Shown: one piece after another, positions 26,678 through 36,918 of the stretch
Layout: the number at the start of each line of letters is the position of its first letter
Numbering within the stretch: position 1 is the first letter of the stretch
Source of the DNA: Alphaproteobacteria bacterium
Lineage (GTDB): Bacteria > Pseudomonadota > Alphaproteobacteria > CALKHQ01
Assembly: GCA_965227515.1 (NCBI GenBank)
Contig: CBDDFZ010000001.1
Span: 416,001 to 480,000 of the forward strand
Direction of reading: 5' to 3'
DNA length: 64,000 nt
Translations under genes and position numbers: made by a program
The notes under the pieces: model-generated
Seen by the model: only the letters and a program-made list of their open reading frames with translations
What the model was told of the DNA's origin: nothing
The model's database searches: none

Positions 26678-27964
26678 CTATTCAGCCGCGACACGTTCGA
26701 CGGCAGCGACCGCCGGCGCCAGCTTGTGGAAGGCGCCGCCCTTCATGATGCCGTCCAGCCGGTCGGCGTCCTGCAGGATGGCGATATCGGCCAGCGGATC
26801 GCCATCGACCAGCAGAAGGTCGGCATAACAGCCGGCGCGCACCTCGCCCAGTTCGCCGGCCATGCCCATCAGCGCGCCACCGTCCCGGGTTGCGGCACAG
26901 ATCGCCTCCATCGGGCTGTAGCCGAACAGCTCGACGAAGTGCACGAGGTCGCGCGCATTCGTGCCTTGCGGGTTGCAGAACAGGCCATAGTCGCCGCCGG
27001 GCAGCACCTTGATGCCGCGCTTGCGCATCTCCTGCCCGTTGGCGACGATGGTCGCCAGTTCCTCTTCCAGCCGCGCGCGGGTCACCGCGTCGTGGTGCAC
27101 GCCATAGCGGTCGGCCTCGTGCAGCAGCGTGTAGGGGAACCCGGGCGTGGGCGCCACGAACACGCTGTCACGCACGCTCTCCAACATGTCGATCGCCTCT
27201 TCGTCGGCGAGTGCGGCGTGGTAGACCACTTTGACGCCGTGGCGCACGCACATCTTCACCGACCCTGCGCTGGTCGCATGCGCGGCCACACACCGGCCCC
27301 GTGCCCGCGCCTCCTCCATCACCGCGGCCAGTTCGGCGTCGCTGATGACGGTGGCGTCGGTGCCGGCCCCCCAGTCATAGAAACCACGGTCGCCTGACAC
27401 GTTGATCTTGAAGGTGTCGACCCCGTCGCGCGCGGCATGGCGGCAGGCGGTGCGGAAGGCGTCGGCGCCGTTGGCGGTGATCGAGAAGCGGATGGTCGCG
27501 GGCAAGGTCAGCTCGACCGTGTCCAGGTCGCCCAGATTGCCCGACGGCGTGATCTCCTGGGTGGCGGCGCGCAGGCGCGGCCCCGGTATGCGCCCGGCGT
27601 TGATGGCGTCGCGAACCGCGACGTCCAGCCTGGGCTTGGCGGCCGCCGCGCTGAAACAGCTCGTGAAGCCCTGGTCCAGCAACAGGCGGGCATTCTCGAT
27701 GGTGGCGATCAGGTGCTCTTCCACCGGCAGGCGCACCGATTCGAACAGGTCCTGGAAGTTCAGGAAGCTGAGGTGGGCGTGGGCTTCCACCAGGCCCGGC
27801 ATCAGGGTCCGGCCACGCCCGTCGATCACCTCCGCGCCGCCACGCGGCAGGGTCTGCGGCGCCCGTGCGACCGCCGAGATGCGCTCGCCGTCCACCAGGA
27901 CTTCGCCATCGAAGGCGTCCGCGCCGGAGCCGTCGATGATGCGCACATCGGTGAAAAGATACAT
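26678..27964 (-). CDS. Metal-dependent amidohydrolase (Xaa-Pro dipeptidase / imidazolonepropionase-like)
   Basis: IDGRGRTLMPGLVEAHAH, VAAHA, GGD, ADLLLVDGDPLADI. Confidence 0.88.
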   Translation of the reverse strand: MYLFTDVRIIDGSGADAFDGEVLVDGERISAVARAPQTLPRGGAEVIDGRGRTLMPGLVEAHAHLSFLNFQDLFESVRLPVEEHLIATIENARLLLDQGFTSCFSAAAAKPRLDVAVRDAINAGRIPGPRLRAATQEITPSGNLGDLDTVELTLPATIRFSITANGADAFRTACRHAARDGVDTFKINVSGDRGFYDWGAGTDATVISDAELAAVMEEARARGRCVAAHATSAGSVKMCVRHGVKVVYHAALADEEAIDMLESVRDSVFVAPTPGFPYTLLHEADRYGVHHDAVTRARLEEELATIVANGQEMRKRGIKVLPGGDYGLFCNPQGTNARDLVHFVELFGYSPMEAICAATRDGGALMGMAGELGEVRAGCYADLLLVDGDPLADIAILQDADRLDGIMKGGAFHKLAPAVAAVERVAAE

Positions 27965-28030
27965 CGTTCCCTCCCGGATGCGCTCGTGCCCGCCGCGATT
28001 TGGCGGGCGGCCGCGCGCAGTTTTCGGGGA

Positions 28031-28876
28031 TTATTGCACTATGCCCTCGCACGCGGCCAGTGCCGTGCGGGTCAGCGTGACGGGCGCCGGCGCCAGATAG
28101 GCCCGCTGGGGGTGATCCTCAACCGGCAATATCGTCACCTCGCCGGACTCCGACACGTCCGGCCAATGGGTCGCGCCGCTTTCGCCTTCCAGCACCGGGC
28201 CATCAGCCAGCGCCGCCTCGTCCAGGCCTTCGAAACGCATCACCACGGCATAGCCGGCATCCAGCAGCGCCCCGATATCGGCGTCGGTGTACTCGCCGGC
28301 GGCCGGCCCCCAGTATGCGCGCCAGTCGTCGGCATCCTTGAAGGTCAAGGTCAGGGTCAATGCGCCGCCTTCCAGCGCGCCGAACAATCTGTGGCCGCGG
28401 GCCAGGTACGCCGCGACCGTGCCGGCCTGGCCGGTCAGCAGCAACGGCTCGCCGGTGGGGCCGATCCAGCAGGACGCGAAGTCGAAGTCCCCGAAACCGC
28501 TGTCGTCGGGCGCAGGCGGCACGACGATCATCTGCGGCCGCTCCGCGTCGCCGTCGGACTCCATATCGCCCGGCACGTCGTCCGTCGGGCGGTCCACCCC
28601 CTGAATCACCTCGACCAGGGGTACATCAGCGTCCGCCGAGGGCGATTCGGGCTCGGTCGGCTCCGTATCGGCAGGCGGCGGCGCCGGCACGATGACCTCG
28701 ACGCGCACGCCCTCGGCCAACAACCGGACGTCCTCCGCGATCGCCGACGTGGCAAGCACCATGCCCGCCACCACGCCGGCCACAACGGCAAGCGTCGGTT
28801 TCCACGCAGGAAGAAGAGGCGGCGAGACACACGGCCAGCCAGCCCGTTCGGCCCGAAGCGTGTCCCTGCTTGCCAT
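28031..28876 (-). CDS. Hypothetical exported protein
   Basis: Hydrophobic signal-like segment ending AIA-E, then a Pro/acidic linker; coding-like composition. No family recognised. Confidence 0.55.
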   Translation of the reverse strand: MASRDTLRAERAGWPCVSPPLLPAWKPTLAVVAGVVAGMVLATSAIAEDVRLLAEGVRVEVIVPAPPPADTEPTEPESPSADADVPLVEVIQGVDRPTDDVPGDMESDGDAERPQMIVVPPAPDDSGFGDFDFASCWIGPTGEPLLLTGQAGTVAAYLARGHRLFGALEGGALTLTLTFKDADDWRAYWGPAAGEYTDADIGALLDAGYAVVMRFEGLDEAALADGPVLEGESGATHWPDVSESGEVTILPVEDHPQRAYLAPAPVTLTRTALAACEGIVQ

Positions 28877-28902
28877 GGTCGTTGCCGCCCGCGCCGGTTG
28901 CG

Positions 28903-29673
28903 TCAGATCACGCTGAAGCCGGCGTCGATCCGGATGGTGGCCCCGTTGATGAGGTCGGACGCCGGCGACGACAGGTAGAGCACAAGGTCGGCCACCTCGA
29001 CAGGCTCTCCGAACCGGCCGAGCGGGGTGCGGTCCAGCATCGGCTGGCCCTTGGCCGGGTCGCCCCAGACCTCGCGCCCCAGCTTGGTCATGATGATGGT
29101 GGGGCACACGGCGTTCACCTGGATGTTGTGCTTGGCCCACTCGCAGGTCATGTCGCGGGTCAGCGCATTCAGCCCGGCCTTTGAGGCCGAATAGGCCGCG
29201 TGACCGTCGATGGCGATGACGCTGGCCTGGGAGGAGATGTTGACGATCTTGCCGGCCTTCTGCGCGATCATCTGCGGGGCCAGCGCCTGGGCGAGCAGGA
29301 ATGGCGCGCGCAGGTTGATCGCCATCGTCTGGTCCCACACATCCACCCGCGCCTCGAGCAACGGCTCGATGATGGCGATCCCGGCGTTGTTGACCAGAAT
29401 ATCGACCGTGCCGAACGCCTGCAGCGCCGCCGCGGCCGCCGCCTGCGGTCCTTCCACCGTCGACAGGTCGGCGCTGATGGTATGGCAGGCGCGCCCCATG
29501 TCGCGCACCTTGGCGGCGACGCTCTGCAGCCCCGCCTCGTCCATGTCCACCGCGGCGATGTCGGCGCCGGCGTCGGCCAAATTGCAGGCGATCTCCTCGC
29601 CAATTCCCTTCGATGCGCCCGTCACCAGGGCACGCTTACCGGTCAGCGCAAAACGCTCCATCCAGCGAGACAC
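28903..29673 (-). CDS. SDR oxidoreductase (L-xylulose reductase / D-threitol dehydrogenase-like)
   Basis: TGASKGIG, NNAG, YSASK, CPTIIMTKLGREVWGDP. GTG start after GGAGG. Confidence 0.88.
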   Translation of the reverse strand: MSRWMERFALTGKRALVTGASKGIGEEIACNLADAGADIAAVDMDEAGLQSVAAKVRDMGRACHTISADLSTVEGPQAAAAAALQAFGTVDILVNNAGIAIIEPLLEARVDVWDQTMAINLRAPFLLAQALAPQMIAQKAGKIVNISSQASVIAIDGHAAYSASKAGLNALTRDMTCEWAKHNIQVNAVCPTIIMTKLGREVWGDPAKGQPMLDRTPLGRFGEPVEVADLVLYLSSPASDLINGATIRIDAGFSVI

Positions 29674-29696
29674 TCGATTCCTCCCAAATTCTTATT

Positions 29697-29715
29697 TTGA
29701 TGCAACCTGCATCAA
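29697..29715. promoter_or_regulatory. Perfect inverted repeat TTGATGCA-N3-TGCATCAA, probable operator between the divergent SDR and ABC genes
   Basis: Exact 8-bp dyad in an AT-rich divergent intergenic region. Confidence 0.55.
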
Positions 29716-29833
29716 CGGCGCCGCTTGCCGTGACTAAAAAATTTTGCAAGGACTGGACAAGTTTTCAACCGCCATGTCGAATGGGGGCCCGAACTCAGCG
29801 GCAGCAAGACCGCATCGACGAGGAAACGCCAGC

Positions 29834-30751
29834 TTGACCACTTCGGTGGCCGACCGCCCCAGGCCCATAGGCCTGCTGAATTTGCCACGATGGATGACGT
29901 CCGATCATCCATTGCCGTGGCTCGCACCGCTGTTCGCCATGATCCTGGCCTTCGGTATCTTCCCGCTTGGCTACGCGGTCTGGCTGTCGCTTCACGTGAA
30001 GAACCCCTACACCCGCGAGAACGAGTTCGCCTGGTTCGAGCAATGGGGCAAGGCGTTCGGCGACAGCGAGATGTGGAACGCGTTGATGATCACGTCGATC
30101 TACACCGTGGTCTGCCTGTTGTTTCAGTTGCTTCTTGGCTTTGCGATCGCGCTGTTGCTGGACAGCGACCGCAAGGGTTATGGCGTGATGCGCGCGCTGA
30201 TGACGTTGCCGTTGGTGGTGCCGCCTGCGGTCACCGGCATGATGTTCCTGCTGATGGAGGACGCGCAGTTCGGTGTGCTGGCCTATTACCTGGAGGCCAT
30301 CGGGCTCGCCGACCCGGAAAACCCGATCCTGGCCAACATCTACACGGCCCTGCCCGGCGTCATGCTGGCGGATATCTGGCAGTGGACGCCGTTCATGGTG
30401 CTGATCATCCTGGCCGGGCTGCGCGCCCTGCCGAAGGAGCCGTATGAGGCGGCCTCCATCGACGGTGCCAGCTACCTGCAGTCGCTGTGGTATCTGACAC
30501 TGCCGATGCTGGGCCGCGTCATCGCGGTCGCCGTTCTGATCCGCACCATCGATCTGTTCCGCGTGTACGACTACGTGTACGTCATGACCGCCGGCGGACC
30601 TGGCAACGCGACCAGGACGTTGAGCGAGTATGCCGGGCGCGAATTCACCACCGCCAACTTCAACTACGCATCCACCATCAGCCTGCTGATGCTGATTCTG
30701 CTGAACATCATCTGCTTCACGTTCATCAAGTTCTCGCGGGTGAGGTTCTGA
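29834..30751 (+). CDS. Sugar ABC transporter permease (MalF-like)
   Basis: DIWQWTPF, EPYEAASIDGAS, MTAGGPG. TTG start after GAGGA; start is approximate. Confidence 0.9.
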   Translation: MTTSVADRPRPIGLLNLPRWMTSDHPLPWLAPLFAMILAFGIFPLGYAVWLSLHVKNPYTRENEFAWFEQWGKAFGDSEMWNALMITSIYTVVCLLFQLLLGFAIALLLDSDRKGYGVMRALMTLPLVVPPAVTGMMFLLMEDAQFGVLAYYLEAIGLADPENPILANIYTALPGVMLADIWQWTPFMVLIILAGLRALPKEPYEAASIDGASYLQSLWYLTLPMLGRVIAVAVLIRTIDLFRVYDYVYVMTAGGPGNATRTLSEYAGREFTTANFNYASTISLLMLILLNIICFTFIKFSRVRF

Positions 30752-31629
30752 TGCCGGAAAAGCGGATCATAACGGTGCGCGATGTCGTCGCCTGGCTGGT
30801 GGTGCTGATTTTCATGTTCCCGCTGGCCTGGTGGATCCTCGCCTCGTTCAAGCCCTACACCGACATTTTCACCACCGAGCCGGTCTATTTCAGCTTCGAA
30901 GCCACGCTGGAGAACTACCGGATCGCGCTGCTTGGCGAATCGCGCATCGACTTGAGCGAGGGCATCGGCGGCCAAACCGGCGGTGCGTCGAGCTACTACT
31001 CCATTCCCACCATCCTGGATTCGATAATCATTGCCGTGGGATCGACCATCCTGGTGGTTTTCCTGGCGACGCTGGCCGGCTATGCGCTGTCTCGGTTCCC
31101 GATGCGCGCCAAGCAGCACGTCGTTTTCTTCGTGCTTGCCCAACGCATGATGCCGCCGATCGCGGTCGCCATTCCCCTGTTTTTTATCTTCCGCGACCTG
31201 GGCCTGCGCGACACCCACATCGGGCTGATCTTCGCGCACACGCTGATCAACCTGCCGCTGGCGACGTTGCTGCTGAAGAGCTTCTTCGACGACGTGCCGC
31301 GCGATCTGGACGAAAGCGCCATGATCGATGGCGCGACCCGCACGCACGTGTTTTTCCGCATCATCATGCCGCTGGTGCGCGGCGGCATCGCGGCCACCGC
31401 GGTGCTCTGCTTCATCTTCTCGTGGACCGAGTTCCTGATCAGCCTGCAACTCACCACCAGCATCCGCACCATTCCGGTCAAGATCAGCACGTTCGTCACC
31501 TCCACCGGCACCGAGTGGGGCCTGATCACCGCGCTGGGCAGTGCCGCCCTGGTGCCCAGCCTCATCTTCATTCTCCTGGTTCAGCGCCACCTGGTCCGTG
31601 GCCTGACGCTGGGCTCGCTGAAAGACTGA
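30751..31629 (+). CDS. Sugar ABC transporter permease (MalG-like)
   Basis: VPRDLDESAMIDGA, FSWTEFL. TGATG coupling with the upstream gene. Confidence 0.92.
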   Translation: MPEKRIITVRDVVAWLVVLIFMFPLAWWILASFKPYTDIFTTEPVYFSFEATLENYRIALLGESRIDLSEGIGGQTGGASSYYSIPTILDSIIIAVGSTILVVFLATLAGYALSRFPMRAKQHVVFFVLAQRMMPPIAVAIPLFFIFRDLGLRDTHIGLIFAHTLINLPLATLLLKSFFDDVPRDLDESAMIDGATRTHVFFRIIMPLVRGGIAATAVLCFIFSWTEFLISLQLTTSIRTIPVKISTFVTSTGTEWGLITALGSAALVPSLIFILLVQRHLVRGLTLGSLKD

Positions 31630-31684
31630 CGGCGAGCTCGCGCACATGAAGAACAGCGACCAGCCAACTTGAGGGAGGAAGCAC

Positions 31685-33208
31685 ATGAGCTTCAAAGAGT
31701 TCGATCGGAAGACATACATCGCCGACATGGCGGGCAAGTACGCCCGGCGGGAGATTTCGAAGCGTACGTTCCTGAAGAAGATGGCCACGGCGGGCGTCGG
31801 TTTCTCCGCCTTCGCTTCGACCTTCATGGGCGGCGGACGGCCGTTTGGCGGATTGACCAATCTGGGCACCGAGATGGCTGCTGCCCAAACGCCGGACGAC
31901 GTCAACGCCTGGCTGCGCGATGTCGGCCAGCAGTTCGCCGGCACCACCATCCGCTACACCTCCGAAGCGACGCCACCGACCAACGTGGCCAGCGAGATCA
32001 AGTCGGAGTTCGAGGAACTGACGGGCATCAATGTCGAGATCGAGATCGTGCCGCTGGAGCAGGTCTTGCAGAAGGCCACCCTGGACGCACAGGCCCAGCT
32101 CGGCACCTACGACCTCTACTATCTCGACCAGGCCTGGGCCGCGCTGTTCTCGCCCGACACCATCAACCCGCGCGAGCTCTACGAGTCGAACTCGGAACTG
32201 GCAATGCCAGGCTACGACTGGGACGACTTCTCGCCGCCGCTGGTGGACGGCATCGCCACCGCCTATGGCGAGATGATGGGCGTGCCGTTCGACATCCCGA
32301 TCGCGATCCTGATGTATCGCCAGGACCTGTACGACAAGCACGGCATCAGCGTGCCCACGACCATGGCCGAGTACATGGAAGTGACCAAGGCGCTGCATGA
32401 GGCCGAGATCGGCAACGGCATCTATGGCACCACCGGCCAGTTGAAGTCCGGCCACTACTCGCTCGAGTGCGACTGGACGATCTGGCTTTGGGCGCATGGC
32501 GGCTCCATCTTCGGCGCGGATGGCATGTTCTCGGGCAATGATGAGCAGGGCATGGAAGGCCTGCGTTACATGCTGGAGCTGGTCGACTACATGCCGGCCG
32601 CGGCCAAGACCTGGACCTGGGACGGCCAGTGGCAATCGATGGCCCAGGGCATCGCCGCGCAGTGTATCTCGTGGGGTGAGTTCTTCCCCGGCCTCGACGG
32701 CGGCGATTCCGCGGTCGGCGGCGGCCTGATGTCGGCGGCGATCCCGCCGGAGGAAACCTCGGTGCGCTCGCCCGACCAGGCCGGCTTCAACGAGATCCCG
32801 CACATCGGCCACCAGGGCGGTTCGTCGATCGCGCTGTCGCGCTACTCACAGAACCAGGAAGCGGCGTGGTTGTTCATGCAGTGGGTGACGTCGAAGGACA
32901 TCGTGGCCCGCAGCTCCACCGTGGGCGGCGGCGCCTCGCCGGTGCGCCTGTCGGCGTTCAGCGACGAGCGCGTGCTGGCCGCGGCGGTTCCAGGTGCCGG
33001 CACCACGCGCCACTTCCCGGCCATTGAATGGACCATCAACAACCGGATGGGCTCCGAGCCGGACCTGCCGAGCTGGCCCGAGATCGCCAACAACGTGATC
33101 CCGGTGGAACTCGGCAAGCTGCTGGCCGGCCAGTACGACTCGCCGGAAGCCGCGATGGAAGTGATTGCGGAGAAGACCAACGAGCTGGCCGCACCGTTCC
33201 GCGGCTGA
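31685..33208 (+). CDS. Sugar/polyol ABC substrate-binding protein with a Tat-like signal
   Basis: SKRTFLK Tat-like motif, MYRQDLY, VPTTMAEY, AAWLFMQW. Confidence 0.88.
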   Translation: MSFKEFDRKTYIADMAGKYARREISKRTFLKKMATAGVGFSAFASTFMGGGRPFGGLTNLGTEMAAAQTPDDVNAWLRDVGQQFAGTTIRYTSEATPPTNVASEIKSEFEELTGINVEIEIVPLEQVLQKATLDAQAQLGTYDLYYLDQAWAALFSPDTINPRELYESNSELAMPGYDWDDFSPPLVDGIATAYGEMMGVPFDIPIAILMYRQDLYDKHGISVPTTMAEYMEVTKALHEAEIGNGIYGTTGQLKSGHYSLECDWTIWLWAHGGSIFGADGMFSGNDEQGMEGLRYMLELVDYMPAAAKTWTWDGQWQSMAQGIAAQCISWGEFFPGLDGGDSAVGGGLMSAAIPPEETSVRSPDQAGFNEIPHIGHQGGSSIALSRYSQNQEAAWLFMQWVTSKDIVARSSTVGGGASPVRLSAFSDERVLAAAVPGAGTTRHFPAIEWTINNRMGSEPDLPSWPEIANNVIPVELGKLLAGQYDSPEAAMEVIAEKTNELAAPFRG

Positions 33209-33227
33209 TCGTTGGGGTAACGTGCGT

Positions 33228-33256
33228 GCGGGCGGGGCTTCGGCTCCGCCCGTTTG
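33228..33256 (+). terminator. Probable intrinsic terminator
   Basis: GCGGGCGGGGC-TTCG-GCTCCGCCCGT hairpin followed by a short T run, right after the SBP gene. Confidence 0.6.
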
Positions 33257-33273
33257 CTTATTGGGCTGAGTCT

Positions 33274-33384
33274 GGATCAGCTTACGCTGAAGTCGGCGCC
33301 AGCCCTCTCCCCCACCCGGCCGCCCATCAAGAATACTGTCGTTGGGCGGCCGGGTGGGGGAGCGGGCCGGTGCCGGCTTGGCGT
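33274..33384. repeat. Palindromic MITE-like repeat, copy 3
   Basis: GGATCAGCTTACGCTGAAGTCGGCGCCAGCCCTCTCCCCCACCCGGCCGCCC-loop-GGGCGGCCGGGTGGGGGAGCGGGCCGGTGCCGGCTT. Confidence 0.85.
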
Positions 33385-33419
33385 TGGCGCGGCGCGCAAA
33401 CGCCACAAAAATGGGATTC

Positions 33420-34190
33420 ATGGCTATGGATTTGTTCCGCCTGGACAACGAGATCGCCTTCGTCACCGGGGCCGGCAGCGGCATTGGCCAGCGCATCGCC
33501 GTGGCCTACGCCGAGGCCGGGGCCGACGTGGCCTGCTTCGACCTGCCGAGCAGCGATGGCTTGGCCGAGACCGTGTCTCGGATCGGTGGCGCGGGGCGCC
33601 AGGCGCTGGCGCTGACCGGCGATGTGCGGTCAGAGGACGACCTGGCCGACGCCATTGCCGCGACCGAGCGCGATCTGGGGCCGATCGGCATCGCCGGCAA
33701 CTGCGCCGGCATCGCCAACGCGGCACCGGCCGAGGAGATGGCCGCCGACCAATGGCAGCGCATGATCGACATCAACCTGACCGGGCTGTTTCGATCATGC
33801 CAGGCGGAGGCGCGCGCGATGCTGCCGCGCAAGCGCGGCTCGATCATGAACATCGCCTCGATGTCGGGGTCGATCGTCAATCGCGGTCTGTTGCAGGCCC
33901 ACTACAATAGCTCCAAGGCGGCGGTGATCCATCTGACCAAGAGCCTGGCGATGGAGTGGTGCGAGCGCGGACTGAGGGTGAATTCGATCAGCCCCGGCTA
34001 TACCGCGACGCCGATGAACCTGCGGCCGGAAGTCGCCGAGCAGGTGAAGCAATTCGAGGCCGACACGCCGATGGGCCGGATGGCGACCGTCGACGAGATG
34101 GCGGGGCCGGCGGTGTTCCTGGCCAGCCCTGCAGCGGCGTTCTGCACCGGTGTCGACCTGATCGTAGATGGCGGCTTCGTCTGCTGGTAG
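33420..34190 (+). CDS. SDR oxidoreductase (polyol dehydrogenase-like)
   Basis: TGAGSGIG, NCAGIA, IASMSGSIVNRGLLQAHYNSSK, SPGYTATPM. Confidence 0.9.
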   Translation: MAMDLFRLDNEIAFVTGAGSGIGQRIAVAYAEAGADVACFDLPSSDGLAETVSRIGGAGRQALALTGDVRSEDDLADAIAATERDLGPIGIAGNCAGIANAAPAEEMAADQWQRMIDINLTGLFRSCQAEARAMLPRKRGSIMNIASMSGSIVNRGLLQAHYNSSKAAVIHLTKSLAMEWCERGLRVNSISPGYTATPMNLRPEVAEQVKQFEADTPMGRMATVDEMAGPAVFLASPAAAFCTGVDLIVDGGFVCW

Positions 34191-34422
34191 CGGCCGGCAC
34201 CGGCCGCCTCATCCGTGCCGGCACCCGTACGAGCAAATGGATCGCGGTGTCCGGTCGCAGTCGGCAGTGCCGTCGCCACGATCGGTTGATCAAGTGCGCG
34301 TCTACTAGCCGATATTAATCCCATTGAAAGCCTGGTGAGCGAAAACTTGCGGCATGTAGCGCTGCTCGACGGTCGCAATTTCGACCGTCGCACGCACCCC
34401 CACACGAACGAACAGTTGAACC

Positions 34423-35073
34423 ATGATGAAACAACACATCCTGCCGCTCGCCAGCCTAATGGCCGCCGCGCTGGTCTCGACCGCCGCCCTCGCCGTCGAC
34501 CCCACGCCGGACGCGGAGACGCCGTCAGCGCCTGTTCCGCCCGCCACCTGGCAGGCCGATGTCGAGGCCGCCGTGATGGCCGATGTCGCCCGCATCCTTG
34601 AGGCACCCATCGTCGCCTACACGGTCAACGCCCAGAACCGGCACCATGCCGACCTGACCCAGGCCGACATCGACGCCCTGGACGGCACCTGGCGCAGCGA
34701 GCGCGAGGCCGCCGAGCAGCCGCTGATCTCCGCCATCCTGTCGAACCCGGCGTCGACCTACCTGACCCGCATGCAGGCACAGTCCATCGGTCTCTATACC
34801 GAGATCTTCATCATGGACGCACACGGGCTGAATGTCGGCCAGAGCAACATCTCCTCCGACTTCTGGCAGGGCGACGAGGCCAAGTGGCAGGAGACCTATG
34901 CCAAGGGGGCCGGCAGCGTCTTCGTCGACGAGCCCGAGCTGCGCGAGGACATCGGCATCTGGGTCGTCCAGGTGAATGTTTCGATCGACCAGGACGGTCG
35001 GGCCATCGGCGCCGCAACGTTCGAGGTCAATCTCACCGAATTGTCGCGCCGCACCGCGGCCGCCGCGAGCTGA
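34423..35073 (+). CDS. Stand-alone periplasmic PDC/Cache-like sensor protein
   Basis: Signal peptide (ALA-V), EIFIMDxxGLNV, [21 protein letters not shown]. Confidence 0.65.
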   Translation: MMKQHILPLASLMAAALVSTAALAVDPTPDAETPSAPVPPATWQADVEAAVMADVARILEAPIVAYTVNAQNRHHADLTQADIDALDGTWRSEREAAEQPLISAILSNPASTYLTRMQAQSIGLYTEIFIMDAHGLNVGQSNISSDFWQGDEAKWQETYAKGAGSVFVDEPELREDIGIWVVQVNVSIDQDGRAIGAATFEVNLTELSRRTAAAAS

Positions 35074-35084
35074 GGTCCAATCCC

Positions 35085-36755
35085 ATGAAGCCGTTCCTGA
35101 ACATGAAGGTCAGCCGCAAGCTCATCGTTGCGTTTGGCGTCCTGCTCACCATCAGCATCACCGCGTGTGCGATCGTGCTGATCAATCTTCTGTCGATCCA
35201 GTCCGCCAATCTCGCGACCGAGAATGCCAATCGCGCGCAGACGCTGATTGCGGCCGCCGACCAATCGCGCATCCATGCGGAAAGCGCGATGCGTTCGCTG
35301 ATCCTGTCGGGCGATCTTGCCTACAAGGACCGTTTCGAAACCGCCGTGGCCGAGTTGCAGGCCGCCCTGCCGGAAATCGCCGAAATGGCGGACGGCGAAG
35401 GGATCGACGTCGTGTCCACCGCGATCCAACGGTGGCTGGACGAGATCGCCACCGTGCAGCTCGGCTATATGCTGAGCCCGCAGACGGTCGATCTGGCGCG
35501 CGCTATCGAGGTCTCGCCAGACCGGGTTGGCATGCAACGGTCGATCGAGGCCGCGTTCAATGACATGCGCGCCAGCGCCGACGCCATTGTCGTGGAAGCG
35601 ACCTCCGGCGAAGAAACCCTGCTCGAGATGTCGCTCGCGATCCTGGCTATTGCCGCCGTCATGCTGATCGGCAGCGCCATCGCCATCTGCTGGCTGTTGA
35701 ACCGCACCGTCGGTGTGCCCATGGGCCAGCTTGCCGGCACCACCGCGCGCCTGGCCGAGAAGGACTGGGACGCCGCCCTGCTGTCGACCGAGCGCACCGA
35801 TGAGATCGGCGCCATGAACACGGCGCTGCAAACCTTCCGCGAGAACGGCCTGCGCGCCGAAGAGCTGGAAGCGGCGCAGGAGGCCGAGCGCGAGAAGCAG
35901 CTGGCGCGGTCGCGCCAGATCGAGCAGCTGGCCAACACCTTCGACCGCGAGTCCAGCGACATGCTCGACGCGCTGACCAGCGCCGCGGCGGAGATGCAGG
36001 CGACGTCAAAGACTATGACCGAGGTGGCCCAGGAGACCACCTCGCGCGCAGCCGCAGTTTCCGCCGGTGCGCGCGATGCCGGCGGCAATGTTCAGAGCGT
36101 CTCGGCCGCGTCCGAGGAGCTGACCTCGTCGATCCGGGAGATCTCCAGCCAGGTCCAGAAGGTGAATTCGGACGCCGGCTCGGCCAGCCGTTCGGCCGGC
36201 GATGCCAAGACCCAGATCACCACGCTGGCCAGCGCCAGCGAGCGGGTCGGGCAGGTCGTTGCCATGATCACCGAGATCGCCGAGCAGACCAACCTGCTCG
36301 CCCTCAACGCCACCATCGAGGCCGCCAGGGCGGGTGACGCCGGCAAGGGTTTTGCCGTCGTGGCGAGCGAGGTCAAGGCATTGGCCAACCAGACCGCGAA
36401 GGCCACCGACGAGATCCGGCAGCAGATCGATGCCATCCAGAACCAGACCCGCGTGTCGGTGGATGCCATCGGCAGCGTCGCGTCAGCCATCGACCTGGTC
36501 AACGAGGCATCCGCGTCCATCGCTGCGGCGATGGAGGAGCAGTCGGCGGCGACCGGCGAAATCGCCCAGAGCGTCAACATGGCCTCCAGCGGCACCGACC
36601 TGGTGGTCGACAATATCGCCGGGGTCAGCGAGGGCGCTGCGGCAACCGAAACCTCGGCCCAAGATGTCCATCAGGTGGCGCAGGAACTATCCCGGCGCGC
36701 ATCTCACATGGACGACAACATCAAGACCTTCCTGTCGGCCATCCGCGCGGCGTAG
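35085..36755 (+). CDS. Methyl-accepting chemotaxis protein (CHASE3/4HB-like sensor, HAMP, MA domain)
   Basis: Two TM helices, [46 protein letters not shown]. Confidence 0.95.
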   Translation: MKPFLNMKVSRKLIVAFGVLLTISITACAIVLINLLSIQSANLATENANRAQTLIAAADQSRIHAESAMRSLILSGDLAYKDRFETAVAELQAALPEIAEMADGEGIDVVSTAIQRWLDEIATVQLGYMLSPQTVDLARAIEVSPDRVGMQRSIEAAFNDMRASADAIVVEATSGEETLLEMSLAILAIAAVMLIGSAIAICWLLNRTVGVPMGQLAGTTARLAEKDWDAALLSTERTDEIGAMNTALQTFRENGLRAEELEAAQEAEREKQLARSRQIEQLANTFDRESSDMLDALTSAAAEMQATSKTMTEVAQETTSRAAAVSAGARDAGGNVQSVSAASEELTSSIREISSQVQKVNSDAGSASRSAGDAKTQITTLASASERVGQVVAMITEIAEQTNLLALNATIEAARAGDAGKGFAVVASEVKALANQTAKATDEIRQQIDAIQNQTRVSVDAIGSVASAIDLVNEASASIAAAMEEQSAATGEIAQSVNMASSGTDLVVDNIAGVSEGAAATETSAQDVHQVAQELSRRASHMDDNIKTFLSAIRAA

Positions 36756-36918
36756 TTCGGCGCCGACCGGCTGAGAACCTCAGGACATATCGCCGTCGAG
36801 CGCGCGATGTGGCAGCAAGAATCGGATTTCGCGCGCCTCCCTCCCAGGATATGAGGACGCCAGCGCAGCCGAAGGGCGCGTTGGCTCCTCATCACAAACC
36901 CCTGGGTACACCTGAGAG

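Noticed and set aside
34367-34390. Perfect hairpin CGACGGTCG-N6-CGACCGTCG upstream of the sensor-MCP pair as a riboswitch
   Set aside because: I could not recognise any riboswitch consensus (e.g. c-di-GMP GEMM); a lone hairpin is insufficient.
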